Origin: an uncultured Lentisphaerales bacterium | GTDB lineage: Bacteria; Verrucomicrobiota; Kiritimatiellia; RFP12; JAAYLN01 | Direction of reading: 5' to 3' | NCBI GenBank assembly: GCA_964542285.1 | Contig: CAZIUM010000001.1 | Span: forward strand, 2,751 to 66,750 | Length of the DNA: 64,000 bases | Shown here: piece after piece, positions 30,465 to 39,300 of the stretch | How the letters are laid out: every line of letters begins with the position of its first letter | Numbering within the stretch: position 1 is the first letter of the stretch | The notes under the pieces: model-generated | Told to the model about the DNA's origin: nothing | Seen by the model: the letters and a program-made list of their open reading frames with translations, nothing else | Databases searched by the model: none | Position numbers and translations under genes: made by a program

Positions 30465-31712
30465 TTACTGCAATGAGTCGAGTGGATTGTCGAGCGTATC
30501 CGTCGCGAGGTCGAGCATGGGCCGCAATCGCTCGCCCAGGATCTTTTCGAGGTGGGGCGTCTCCCCCCACTCATGGCGTAAGGCCAGGTAGTCCGCCACC
30601 GTGGCCGCTTGCCCGGGGCGTAGTCCGGAGACGGCCCGCAGCAGCAAATTGCGCGGCGTGACGTCTGGCGCCACAAACTCCACGACGCGCACGCGGTAGC
30701 CCAGGATTCGCAACAATTGCGCTCGGAAGGAATCCGTCAGCAAGTCCGCCAGGCGTTCCCGCAGAATGCCGTCACGCAGCAAGGCCCGCATCGCGCCGGA
30801 ATGCCGCGGCTTGAAAGCGTGCTGGCAGCAGGGCGCCACCAGCATGGCGCGCGCGCCCCAGTCCACGCCGCGCGCGAGCGCTTCGTCCGTTGCCGTGTCG
30901 CAGGCATGCAAGGCGAGGAGCAGGTCCGGGCGGGGATCGATTTGACAGGATGACAAGTCGGCCACCTGGAAGAACACATCATGATGGATGTCCATCGCGG
31001 CGGCCATGGCGTTGGCCTGTTCGATCAGTGCGGCATTGCGGTCGATCCCCGTGACCTGGACGACACGGCCCCGCGACATCGTGAGATAACAGTAGGCCGC
31101 CAGGGTCAAGTAGGCCCTTCCGCAACCGCAGTCCACCAGGTGCAGCGGCCGGTCGACGTGGTCTTCCGGAATGACGGTTTGCACTTCCCGCAGGAAGGCG
31201 TTGACCTGGGCCAGTTTGGGTCGCATCGAGGCGCGTGGCCGCCCTTCGCCATCGGCAATGCCCAAAACCCGCAGCAAGGCGCCGGAGTCGAAGCGGTCCA
31301 GGGGCTGTGGTTTGACCCGGTCGTGTCGTTCCGCGGGCTTCGCGTCGGGATCGAGGTTCGTTGGCGACCCGCGGGACACCAGTTGGCGCCCTTTGCGGGT
31401 TACGCGCACGTGCAGGTCCCCCGCGGTCGTTTGCAGGTGGTATTCGCGCGGTCCGCCCGCCGCCAGCATTGCGCCAAGAACCTGCGCGGCGGCATCCATC
31501 TCGTAATTGCGCACGAGCGTGCGTCCTTTTACAAAGGTTTCGTGCTGCCAAAGGCTTTGGCCGCGCAGAACCAGCGGCCGCAAACTTTCGCGGTTCGTGC
31601 CTCCTCCCTGGCGGCGAACCAGGGTCAGACGATGGAAGCCCGGAGTCGAAAAGACACGGCGCTCGATTTCCGTGGCGGTGGCGTCATCCAGTTGGGTGCG
31701 GTCTCGATCCAT
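30465..31712 (-). CDS. class I SAM-dependent methyltransferase
   Basis: Motif I HLVDCGCGRAYLTLAA; the acidic motif II (VTGIDRN) follows. Confidence 0.65.
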   Translation of the reverse strand: MDRDRTQLDDATATEIERRVFSTPGFHRLTLVRRQGGGTNRESLRPLVLRGQSLWQHETFVKGRTLVRNYEMDAAAQVLGAMLAAGGPREYHLQTTAGDLHVRVTRKGRQLVSRGSPTNLDPDAKPAERHDRVKPQPLDRFDSGALLRVLGIADGEGRPRASMRPKLAQVNAFLREVQTVIPEDHVDRPLHLVDCGCGRAYLTLAAYCYLTMSRGRVVQVTGIDRNAALIEQANAMAAAMDIHHDVFFQVADLSSCQIDPRPDLLLALHACDTATDEALARGVDWGARAMLVAPCCQHAFKPRHSGAMRALLRDGILRERLADLLTDSFRAQLLRILGYRVRVVEFVAPDVTPRNLLLRAVSGLRPGQAATVADYLALRHEWGETPHLEKILGERLRPMLDLATDTLDNPLDSLQ

Positions 31713-31731
31713 GGTCAGGCGGGGGGTAAAA

Positions 31732-32910
31732 CTAGAAACGGTATCCTGCGCCCAGTTTCAGACGCTCGTCGGAGCCCAGGGAAAGGTTGGCAAAGAAGCG
31801 CCAGGGATCGTGGTCCATCCACCCGCCGACGGAAATCAGCAGGGGCTGGTCGCGCTCCAGCCCAAGGCTCAGCCGTTCGGTTCCATAGGGCAGTTTCCCG
31901 TCGACCGTGATGTTTCCGAAGGGCTGAATGCCGAGATCCAACGTCAGCCCCCAGCGATCGGCGTGGTAATGCAGTCCCGCGTCCAGCCACAGCGCGGTTT
32001 CGCTGAGGGTGACATTGGCGGAGCGACGCTGAAAATTAAGTTCCACCGTTTCGTTGGTTCCCACGACGCCGGAGGCCGTGCGGCTGCCGGCTTTCCCTTG
32101 TTCGCGGCGATAGGAAGCGCGAATCCCGCCGTAGGCCTCCCAACCGTTTTCGCGTAGGAAAGGTTGGCGGTACCCGACTTCCAGCAGAAAACCGTCGCCG
32201 TCCGAAAAGGATGAATCGCTTACCGTCAGTCCGGTACGGAGAATATCGCTGCTGGTGACCTCGCCGACGATGCCGAAGCGCGCCAGCCAGCCATAGCTTT
32301 CGAGATCGATCCCCAGAATAGTTCGCTCCAGGTCGGCATCCGCTCCGTTGCGGTGGTCGACCTCCCACCGGGAAGGGGTTCGGCTGCGCGGGACCAACCA
32401 GACGGAAACGCGGGTCGCGGGATCGGGTTGGGGAAGCAGGGGGCGCGGGGCCGGAGGCGTTGGTTTTTCCTCGTAGGGAATGGGAATCGGTTCCGGGCGG
32501 GGAGGCACCGGTGGGGCGGGCGGCAGTGGCGGGCGCGATGGCATTGTATCGGTGACATGCGCAAAAGCGTACATTTGTCCGTCGATTTCCACCAGGCGTC
32601 CGTCCAGGGCCTGAACCGGGCCGAATACCCGTCCGCTGCCCAGCGAAATGAAGGATAGCCTGTCCGGGGGATGGATCCGCAACTGGTACGTTTGTCCGTC
32701 CAGGGTCAGCCGTGTGCGGTCGCGCAAGGCGAACGGACCCCAGAGGCGTCCGCCCCGCGCGGACTCGAGCGTAAAGGTCGGCGCGGTGTCCTCCCCTGGA
32801 GTCTGCGCATCGGTCCAGGGAGGCAGGCTGCAAATGAGCCCGATGGCCAGGGTGCCAATGGCCAACCGCCTGGCGGTGGCAGGTTTAATATGGTCGCGTC
32901 GGATCGACAT
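31732..32910 (-). CDS. secreted outer-membrane beta-barrel-like protein with a proline-rich linker
   Basis: Signal peptide MSIRRDHIKPATARRLAIGTLAIGLICSLPPWTDA/QT; a TonB-like Pro-rich segment; alternating amphipathic strands; terminal ...GAGYRF ends in an aromatic residue, as in OMP beta-barrels. Confidence 0.5.
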   Translation of the reverse strand: MSIRRDHIKPATARRLAIGTLAIGLICSLPPWTDAQTPGEDTAPTFTLESARGGRLWGPFALRDRTRLTLDGQTYQLRIHPPDRLSFISLGSGRVFGPVQALDGRLVEIDGQMYAFAHVTDTMPSRPPLPPAPPVPPRPEPIPIPYEEKPTPPAPRPLLPQPDPATRVSVWLVPRSRTPSRWEVDHRNGADADLERTILGIDLESYGWLARFGIVGEVTSSDILRTGLTVSDSSFSDGDGFLLEVGYRQPFLRENGWEAYGGIRASYRREQGKAGSRTASGVVGTNETVELNFQRRSANVTLSETALWLDAGLHYHADRWGLTLDLGIQPFGNITVDGKLPYGTERLSLGLERDQPLLISVGGWMDHDPWRFFANLSLGSDERLKLGAGYRF

Positions 32911-33323
32911 GACGGTCTCAAGATAAAAGTTCATGCTGGGCATCAAACGAGAAAATCAAACCCCTTCATTCTCCAACAAAACGCACCGGCCGCAAAGGAT
33001 ATAATCAGCGGTTCCAATTGTGGGGTGTGCACAGGCGGGAGGTGTCCTTCGGGAATGACTCTCGCAAAGCAGCCATCCCCGCTTGTAAAGGCCCGCTTCC
33101 CCGCCTGCCGGGCGGCGGAATTGGTCATTGCATGGGCCGGTCCCCGTCCCCGTTTCTCCGCTCGGTCCGACATCGGCCCATCTCCAGCGCGTGAACGCCG
33201 TAGGCGCCCAGCACGAGGTGCGACATAGTTATCACGTCTCGGGAATCGCCCGGCATCTTCAGGCGAATCCAATCAGCAGGGGCAAGGCGATCGTCAGCGC
33301 AAGCAATGGTTCATGGCGTGTTT

Positions 33324-34466
33324 TCATGCCAGATTCGCGGTCGGACACAAGGCTACGTCGACTTGGCCGCGCACCATGCTGGTGTAGACGACCCAGTGGT
33401 CACGTGGCGAAAAGTGCGGGTGGGGATCGAGGTGGTACAGGTCTCTCGGACAATAGGGTGGCTCCAGGCGATACAGGTCGGAAGAAACAGGGGGAGGCGG
33501 CATCGCCGACACAATGACCTGTTCGCGCTCCGTTTTTCGATCGTAAAAGAGAACCTGCACCGGCTGGGTGGCCCATTGGTAAGGGTTTTGGTCCCCACAC
33601 CAGAACCGACGCTCTGAGGAACAATGCGCATGACAGATTTCACGCTTCCAAACGTGTGTTTTCACCAGCGTGTAGGGATCGCACTCAAAGGTTCCCTGGT
33701 GGTAGTCGACCCAGCAGATTTGCCCATCATGCGACCACCATTCATGCGTCACGTTGGAATTGTGATCATACCAGTCGCTTCCGCTTACCGGTTCGTATCT
33801 TGTCTGCGCGATGTTCATGAGCCAGAGACGATGGTCCAAATGAAAACGCTGGCCGGAAATCTTGTCGTTCCAGTGGTCTTCGGGAATCAGGAAGAGATCG
33901 GGGTCGGTGGGAGAGAATTGCGCGTGGTCGTGATGGCTGCAAAATTCCTTCAACACCCGAATTTCTCCCGTGGCGATGTCGCCAAGGCCGACCCACCAGA
34001 AATTGCCGAGGTCGCCATCCAGCAAGAAGTGTTTTCCGTCGGCCGACAGCGTGAGATGAGTCGCCAATCTCGAAAAATGGCGGTACTTTACGTATTCGCG
34101 GCGTAGCGTGCAGACCACGGTGACGGTTCCATCGAGGGACAGCCTGTAGACGCTGTTGCCCATGCAGAAAAAAGCCGCGTCGCCTTCCGGTGCGACCATC
34201 GGAGAGGCCGGCGAAAATCCGGCTTGAGGAAAATGCCGCATCCAGGGCCGGTCCGGGTCCATCGACAGGCATCCGAGTGTTTGTTGACGATTGGGGGGGA
34301 ACCCGGCGTAGAACCACAACCACTTTTCGTCCCGGGACAGGCTTGGATTGGTGAAGTAGAAGGTTTGTTGAATCGGCGCGACCCGTTCTTTCAGGATGTA
34401 ACTGACGATTCCCGTGGCGGGGTCCTGCCAGGATTCAAAATATGGATGGCGGCTCAGGTCGTACAT
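33324..34466 (-). CDS. ogl: oligogalacturonate lyase (PL22 family)
   Basis: HEWWSHDGQ and HLDPHPHFSPRDHWVVYTS correspond to the HEFW...DG and HPHPSFTPD blocks of Ogl; N-terminal YFESWQDPATGI. Confidence 0.7.
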   Translation of the reverse strand: MYDLSRHPYFESWQDPATGIVSYILKERVAPIQQTFYFTNPSLSRDEKWLWFYAGFPPNRQQTLGCLSMDPDRPWMRHFPQAGFSPASPMVAPEGDAAFFCMGNSVYRLSLDGTVTVVCTLRREYVKYRHFSRLATHLTLSADGKHFLLDGDLGNFWWVGLGDIATGEIRVLKEFCSHHDHAQFSPTDPDLFLIPEDHWNDKISGQRFHLDHRLWLMNIAQTRYEPVSGSDWYDHNSNVTHEWWSHDGQICWVDYHQGTFECDPYTLVKTHVWKREICHAHCSSERRFWCGDQNPYQWATQPVQVLFYDRKTEREQVIVSAMPPPPVSSDLYRLEPPYCPRDLYHLDPHPHFSPRDHWVVYTSMVRGQVDVALCPTANLA

Positions 34467-34634
34467 CGCGGGTCTCTTTTTTGAATTCTCACGGTTATGG
34501 AACACGGCAAGAGGGGGCGGGCTCGTCATCGCATTCTCGGGCCCATGGGGGGTCGCGCACCCCGCGGAGGCTCCAAAGGTATTGAAACTTGATCTTTACG
34601 GTTTGGCAAACCAAAAAGGATTGGCCATGGAACG

Positions 34635-36254
34635 ATGGGAACGCTTAGAATAGTCGCCATGAATGCGCAAGGTCCTCGGGAGCATTGGAGCGGTCGTTTG
34701 GGGTTCGTGCTGGCGGCGGCGGGTTCGGCCATCGGGCTGGGGAACATCTGGCGGTTCCCCTACGTCACGGGGCAGTATGGCGGGGGCGCCTTCGTGATCG
34801 TGTACCTGGCCTTCGTGCTGGCTGTCGGCCTTCCCGTCATGTTGTGCGAAATCACACTGGGCCGGCGTACGCAGCGCAACCCGGTGGGGGCTTTCCACGC
34901 CCTGCAACCCCGCGTGTCCATGATGGCCCATCTGCTGGGCGCGGGAATGGTGCTCAGCGGTTTGTTTCTGATCCTGTTCCAGGTCTGGGGCTGGGGGCTG
35001 CTGATGCTGGCGCTGGGGGGAATTGCGTTTCGCTTCGGCTGGAGGCTGGTCGGAGCCATGGGCGTTCTGACCGGGTTTTTGATCCTCTCGTTTTACAGCG
35101 TCGTTGGAGGCTGGACGCTGGGCTACGTGTGGGAATCGCTGGCGGAGGTTACACGCGCGCAGCCGTTGCTGGCCGATCGGGCCGCGGCGGCCGAGCGTTT
35201 CAAGGCGCTGTGCGATCGTCCGGCCTGGGCTGTTTCATTGCAGTGGATTTTCACGCTCTTGTGCGGAGGGGTGGTGTTTTTCGGAATTCGCCGGGGCATC
35301 GAACGCTGTTCCAAGATCCTGATGCCGTTGTTATTCCTTTTGCTGGTAGCGCTGATCGTGCGGGCCTTGACACTCTCCGGCGCCCTGTCAGGCGTCCGTT
35401 ATTACCTCAAGCCCGACTTCGCCCGCTTGACGCCGGTCGGAATTCTGGCGGCCATGGGACAGGCGTTCTTCTCGCTCAGCCTGGGGATGGGGGCCATCAT
35501 CACCTACGGCAGCTACGTGGACCGTCGGCAGAATCTCTTCAGCTCTGCCCTGTTGATCGTGTCGCTCGACACCTTGATCGCCCTGCTCGCGGGGCTGGCG
35601 ATCTTTCCGGCGGTTTTTGCCCAGGGATTGCAGCCGGACCAGGGCCCGGGACTGGTGTTCGTGCTCCTGCCCACGGTCTTTCATGCCATGCCGCAGGGCA
35701 TGCTCTGGAGCGCGTTGTTTTTCCTGTTGCTGGTGGTTGCGGCCTGGACCTCCGGCATCAGCTTGCTGGAGGTGGTGACCGCCTACCTGGTGGACGAACG
35801 TCACTGGCCACGCCGTCTGGCCGTGCCCGTGCTGACTGTGGTCATCGGTGCGATGGGCAGCCTGGCGGCGATCAGTGTTTCCAACTGGGACCGGCTTCCG
35901 GTTCTGCACCGGGCGCTTGTCAAGGCCTTCGGAACGTCCGGCGAAAGTTTCTTTGGCTTGTTGGACGGACTGACTTCCAACTGGATGCTGCCTTTGGGCG
36001 GGTTGCTGATCTGCCTTTTTGCAGGGTGGGTTTGGGGGGTTCGGCGCGCGGCCGAGGAGCTGCGGGAAGGCGACGAAACCATGGGCGACTCCCACCTGAT
36101 GGCCATCCTGGGCGGGTTGCAACGCGATTCGCGCTATGCCGCCCACAACTCGGCGTTGTTTACGCCCTTGATGTTGTGGGGCATTTTTGTGCGCTGGGTT
36201 TGTCCGGTGGCGATTGGCCTGGCTTTTCTGCAGGCCATCGGACTGCTGGGATGA
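34635..36254 (+). CDS. Na+-dependent transporter, NSS/SNF family
   Basis: REHWSGRLGFVLAAAGSAIGLGNIWRFPY hallmark and about 11-12 TM helices; alternative start 34659 (MNAQ). Confidence 0.85.
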   Translation: MGTLRIVAMNAQGPREHWSGRLGFVLAAAGSAIGLGNIWRFPYVTGQYGGGAFVIVYLAFVLAVGLPVMLCEITLGRRTQRNPVGAFHALQPRVSMMAHLLGAGMVLSGLFLILFQVWGWGLLMLALGGIAFRFGWRLVGAMGVLTGFLILSFYSVVGGWTLGYVWESLAEVTRAQPLLADRAAAAERFKALCDRPAWAVSLQWIFTLLCGGVVFFGIRRGIERCSKILMPLLFLLLVALIVRALTLSGALSGVRYYLKPDFARLTPVGILAAMGQAFFSLSLGMGAIITYGSYVDRRQNLFSSALLIVSLDTLIALLAGLAIFPAVFAQGLQPDQGPGLVFVLLPTVFHAMPQGMLWSALFFLLLVVAAWTSGISLLEVVTAYLVDERHWPRRLAVPVLTVVIGAMGSLAAISVSNWDRLPVLHRALVKAFGTSGESFFGLLDGLTSNWMLPLGGLLICLFAGWVWGVRRAAEELREGDETMGDSHLMAILGGLQRDSRYAAHNSALFTPLMLWGIFVRWVCPVAIGLAFLQAIGLLG

Positions 36255-36364
36255 GATTCGAAACCTCGGGCCGGTGAAAGGGCCAAGGTCCGGCTCGAAG
36301 CGGACAAGGCATACAACCCTGTAGGCGACCCGGCTCGGACGGCCCTTCCGAACCTTGTTTCATT

Positions 36365-39300
36365 TCACAGCGCGTCGCACATTAACCAGACGCGGAGCGT
36401 TTCGGAAAGGCTCCAGGCTTGGGCATCGCAGCCGCGTTGCCGGTGGGGGGCGTCGCCGTCCAGAATCTCGGGCGCCTGGCCGACGCATCCCTCTTCGAGC
36501 AGCGGCACAATCGAGGTCAGGAGGCTGCGCACCAGGGGTTTGGCGGAGGCACCGTGGATTTTCAGCAGCGCTTCGCCGTAAAGCGGGAAGGGCCAGACCC
36601 AGGCGGTGCCGTTGTGGTAGGCGGGTTTGCGGCGGGTGTTCTCGTCGCCCTGGTAGTGTCCCCAGTACGGATGCAGGGGATCGTTTAAAAGGCCGTCGGG
36701 ACCGGCGATCGGTTGTGGCCGCTTGACCGGACGGTCGGCCAGGCTGCGGATGGCGCCGGGGACCAGCAGTGTCTCGCAGGCCCGCAAGATGGCGGGAGCG
36801 GCGTCCAGCTCGATCGCTTCGAGTGCGATGGCCAGCAACTGGTTGGGACGCAGGGCATCCTCGGGTTGGGCCTCGGCGGCGCGGGTGCCGGGGGCCGCCT
36901 GCAGGTTGTCGGCCAGCCAGCCTTCCGGCTGGGGATAGAGTCGCGCCAGGGAGTCGCGCGCGTGCTGCTCGATCGTTCCGAACTCCTCCATCGCCAGGTA
37001 CTTGCGCAGTCCCGTTAGCATGTGAATCCAAAGAGACTGGATTTCCACCGGATACCCCTCTCGCGGGGTGCCGGCGGGAAAGTTGGTGTCCATCCAGGTA
37101 AAATGCGACGGGCTGAAGATCAGCCCCGACTCCGGGTCGGTGTGAATGCCGTTGGGCGTGCCGTCACGATAGTGGCGCGCGATGGAGATTAACACCCTGG
37201 CAAGCGGGCGTCCCCCGCAGTCGGCCTCCAGCACGGTGTCGAGACCGAGGCTCCGTATGGCGTCAAACGTCGCCACCGCAAACCACAGGGGCGCGTCGGA
37301 CGTGTCGCGATTGGAGGCATCGTCGCCCCGAATCATGTTGGGCAGGGTTCCCTGTTGTTCCAGGCGTCCGAACTCGCGCAGAATTTCAAGGGTTTCCTCG
37401 GCCCTTCCGGCGGCAATCATTCCGCGCAGCACGATTAGCGTGTCGCGTCCCCAGTCCAGAAACCAGGGGTAGCCGGCGATCACGGTCAGAAGATCGTCGC
37501 GCTTGACCACAAACGCATCCAGGGCGCGTGTCAAAACGTCAGGCAGAGGCAGCCGGGGCGTCGACGGGTTGACGGTCACGGCTTCGGTGACCGAGGCGGG
37601 TGGGTCGGTTAGGGCTTCGGCCACTAGGTGCGAGCGCTGGCCCGCCTGGAGATCGATGCGGAACCACCCGGGACTGAAAAGGTCCGACGAAGCACCCAGG
37701 CCGCGTCCGGCTTCCTCGGGGTGGGGGACCTGCGTCAGCCACAAGGGATCGGGATGGTAGGCGCCGACATCGACGGCGATGCGGTACTGTTCGTCGCGCG
37801 TGGGGGCGAAGTCGAATCCGGAAGGGCCGTTTTGCATCGCCTGATGGAAGGCGTTGGCGGGTGCGGTTTGCGCGGAAGTTTTTTCATGGAAGTTGCGTGC
37901 CTCGATGTCGGGACGCAGGACGATGCCAACGGCTTCGTGATCGGCCAGGGCGTCCGGTGCGTCCGCCGCCGACAGACGCGTCACGTTGAGCGTCACCCGG
38001 TTACGTCCGCGTGTCATGCGCAGGGAAAATTCCAACCGGACGTGGCGCCCCATTCCCGCCGGGACGTTGAAATGCCAGGTGGCGCGCGTGCCGCCTGGAT
38101 CGGCTTCGAACCATTCGGTGCAGTTCGCGTCGAGCGCGTGCGAGTAGCCCCGGTAACGCAACCAGGCGCGGCAACGGGTGAAAAATATCCGGCGGTTATC
38201 GGGTTGACGGGGGTTCAGGTTTGCGGCCAGCAGAGCGTCATATTGACTCTGGATCGTGCCCCAGGCGCCTCGTACGCGCGCCATGGCGCCCATTCCGTTC
38301 GTCAGCAGGGCCGCGTAGGGAGCGGTGCGAAGTCGCGCTCCGCCGACGCGCAGGCGCACCCGCGGGTCTCGACCGTCAGGCAGGAGCAGCAGGCGCCCCG
38401 GCGTACGCACGACGTTCTCCGGGGTGTAGACGACCAGAGACAGCCGCAGTTCGATCGCGCGGGAGGCAGCTTTCGGCAGACGTCCTTCGGCAGGCAGGAG
38501 CAGGGTGCCCTGGGAGCCGTCGGCAAAAGACAGGCTGCGTTCGGAGGCCACGGTGCGGTGGTCACATTCCAAACTCGCGCGGAAGGGGTGGGGCGCCCTG
38601 ACCAGCAGCAGGTTGCCGCGGGGCAGCAAGACCACCCGCCGACGGTCCGTTTCCCAGGTCCAGGAGGTCAGTGGCGCTGGCCCTCCATGCGGCATCAGGG
38701 AGGCGGCGAAGGCCCGCGGGTCCAGGGTCATCGACGCTCCAAGCGGGTCGGGGGCTTCGTCGCCGGACAGGGCATGTGCACCCGTCAGGTGACGGCGCAA
38801 CCGCAGTGCCAGCAGGTTGCTCCGACGACGGTGCAGGTCCGTCGGCTCCGACGATCGCGACGTCTCGGCTTCCCGCAAACGAGGCAAAAACGTCGGGTCG
38901 TCGCCCAGGCAACAGATTTCTCCCGGCGTGAGTTCCATCCGCAACCGGTTGGGGGACAGGGGATGCGGCTGTTTTTTCCTGCCGGTCAGGAGGTCGAGGA
39001 CCGAAGCCGAATTGAAGACCTCGGCGGGCCAAGCGACCCATCCGGATCGATGGCAGTCCAGGTTGGCGGCGACCAGCAGTCGGGACTTGTCGGAACCCTG
39101 GCGCAAAAACGCCAGGGTGTTGTCCGTACCTTGGTGCGGCAGCCACTGGGGAGGACGCGCCTCCGCAAAGGCCGGGTGAAGCGCGAGCAGGGCGTTGAGG
39201 CGCGCAATCCAGGAAACCAGGTTGGGCGAGGCGTCCCAGTTGAGAGAAGGGGCGCCATGCACATCCAGCTTTTCGGTGGCGAGCCATTCCAGGCCGTTGG

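Noticed and set aside
32943-33272. 109-aa minus-strand ORF upstream of the OMP gene
   Set aside because: Arg/Gly-rich, no motif, overlaps a probable promoter region; only the ATGA-coupled 22-codon micro-ORF at its 5-prime end is (weakly) retained as a finding.
36254-36365. tRNA-like GGTTTCGAATC T-loop-like string in the convergent intergenic region
   Set aside because: No acceptor/D/anticodon stems could be folded around it on either strand; more likely part of terminator hairpins.
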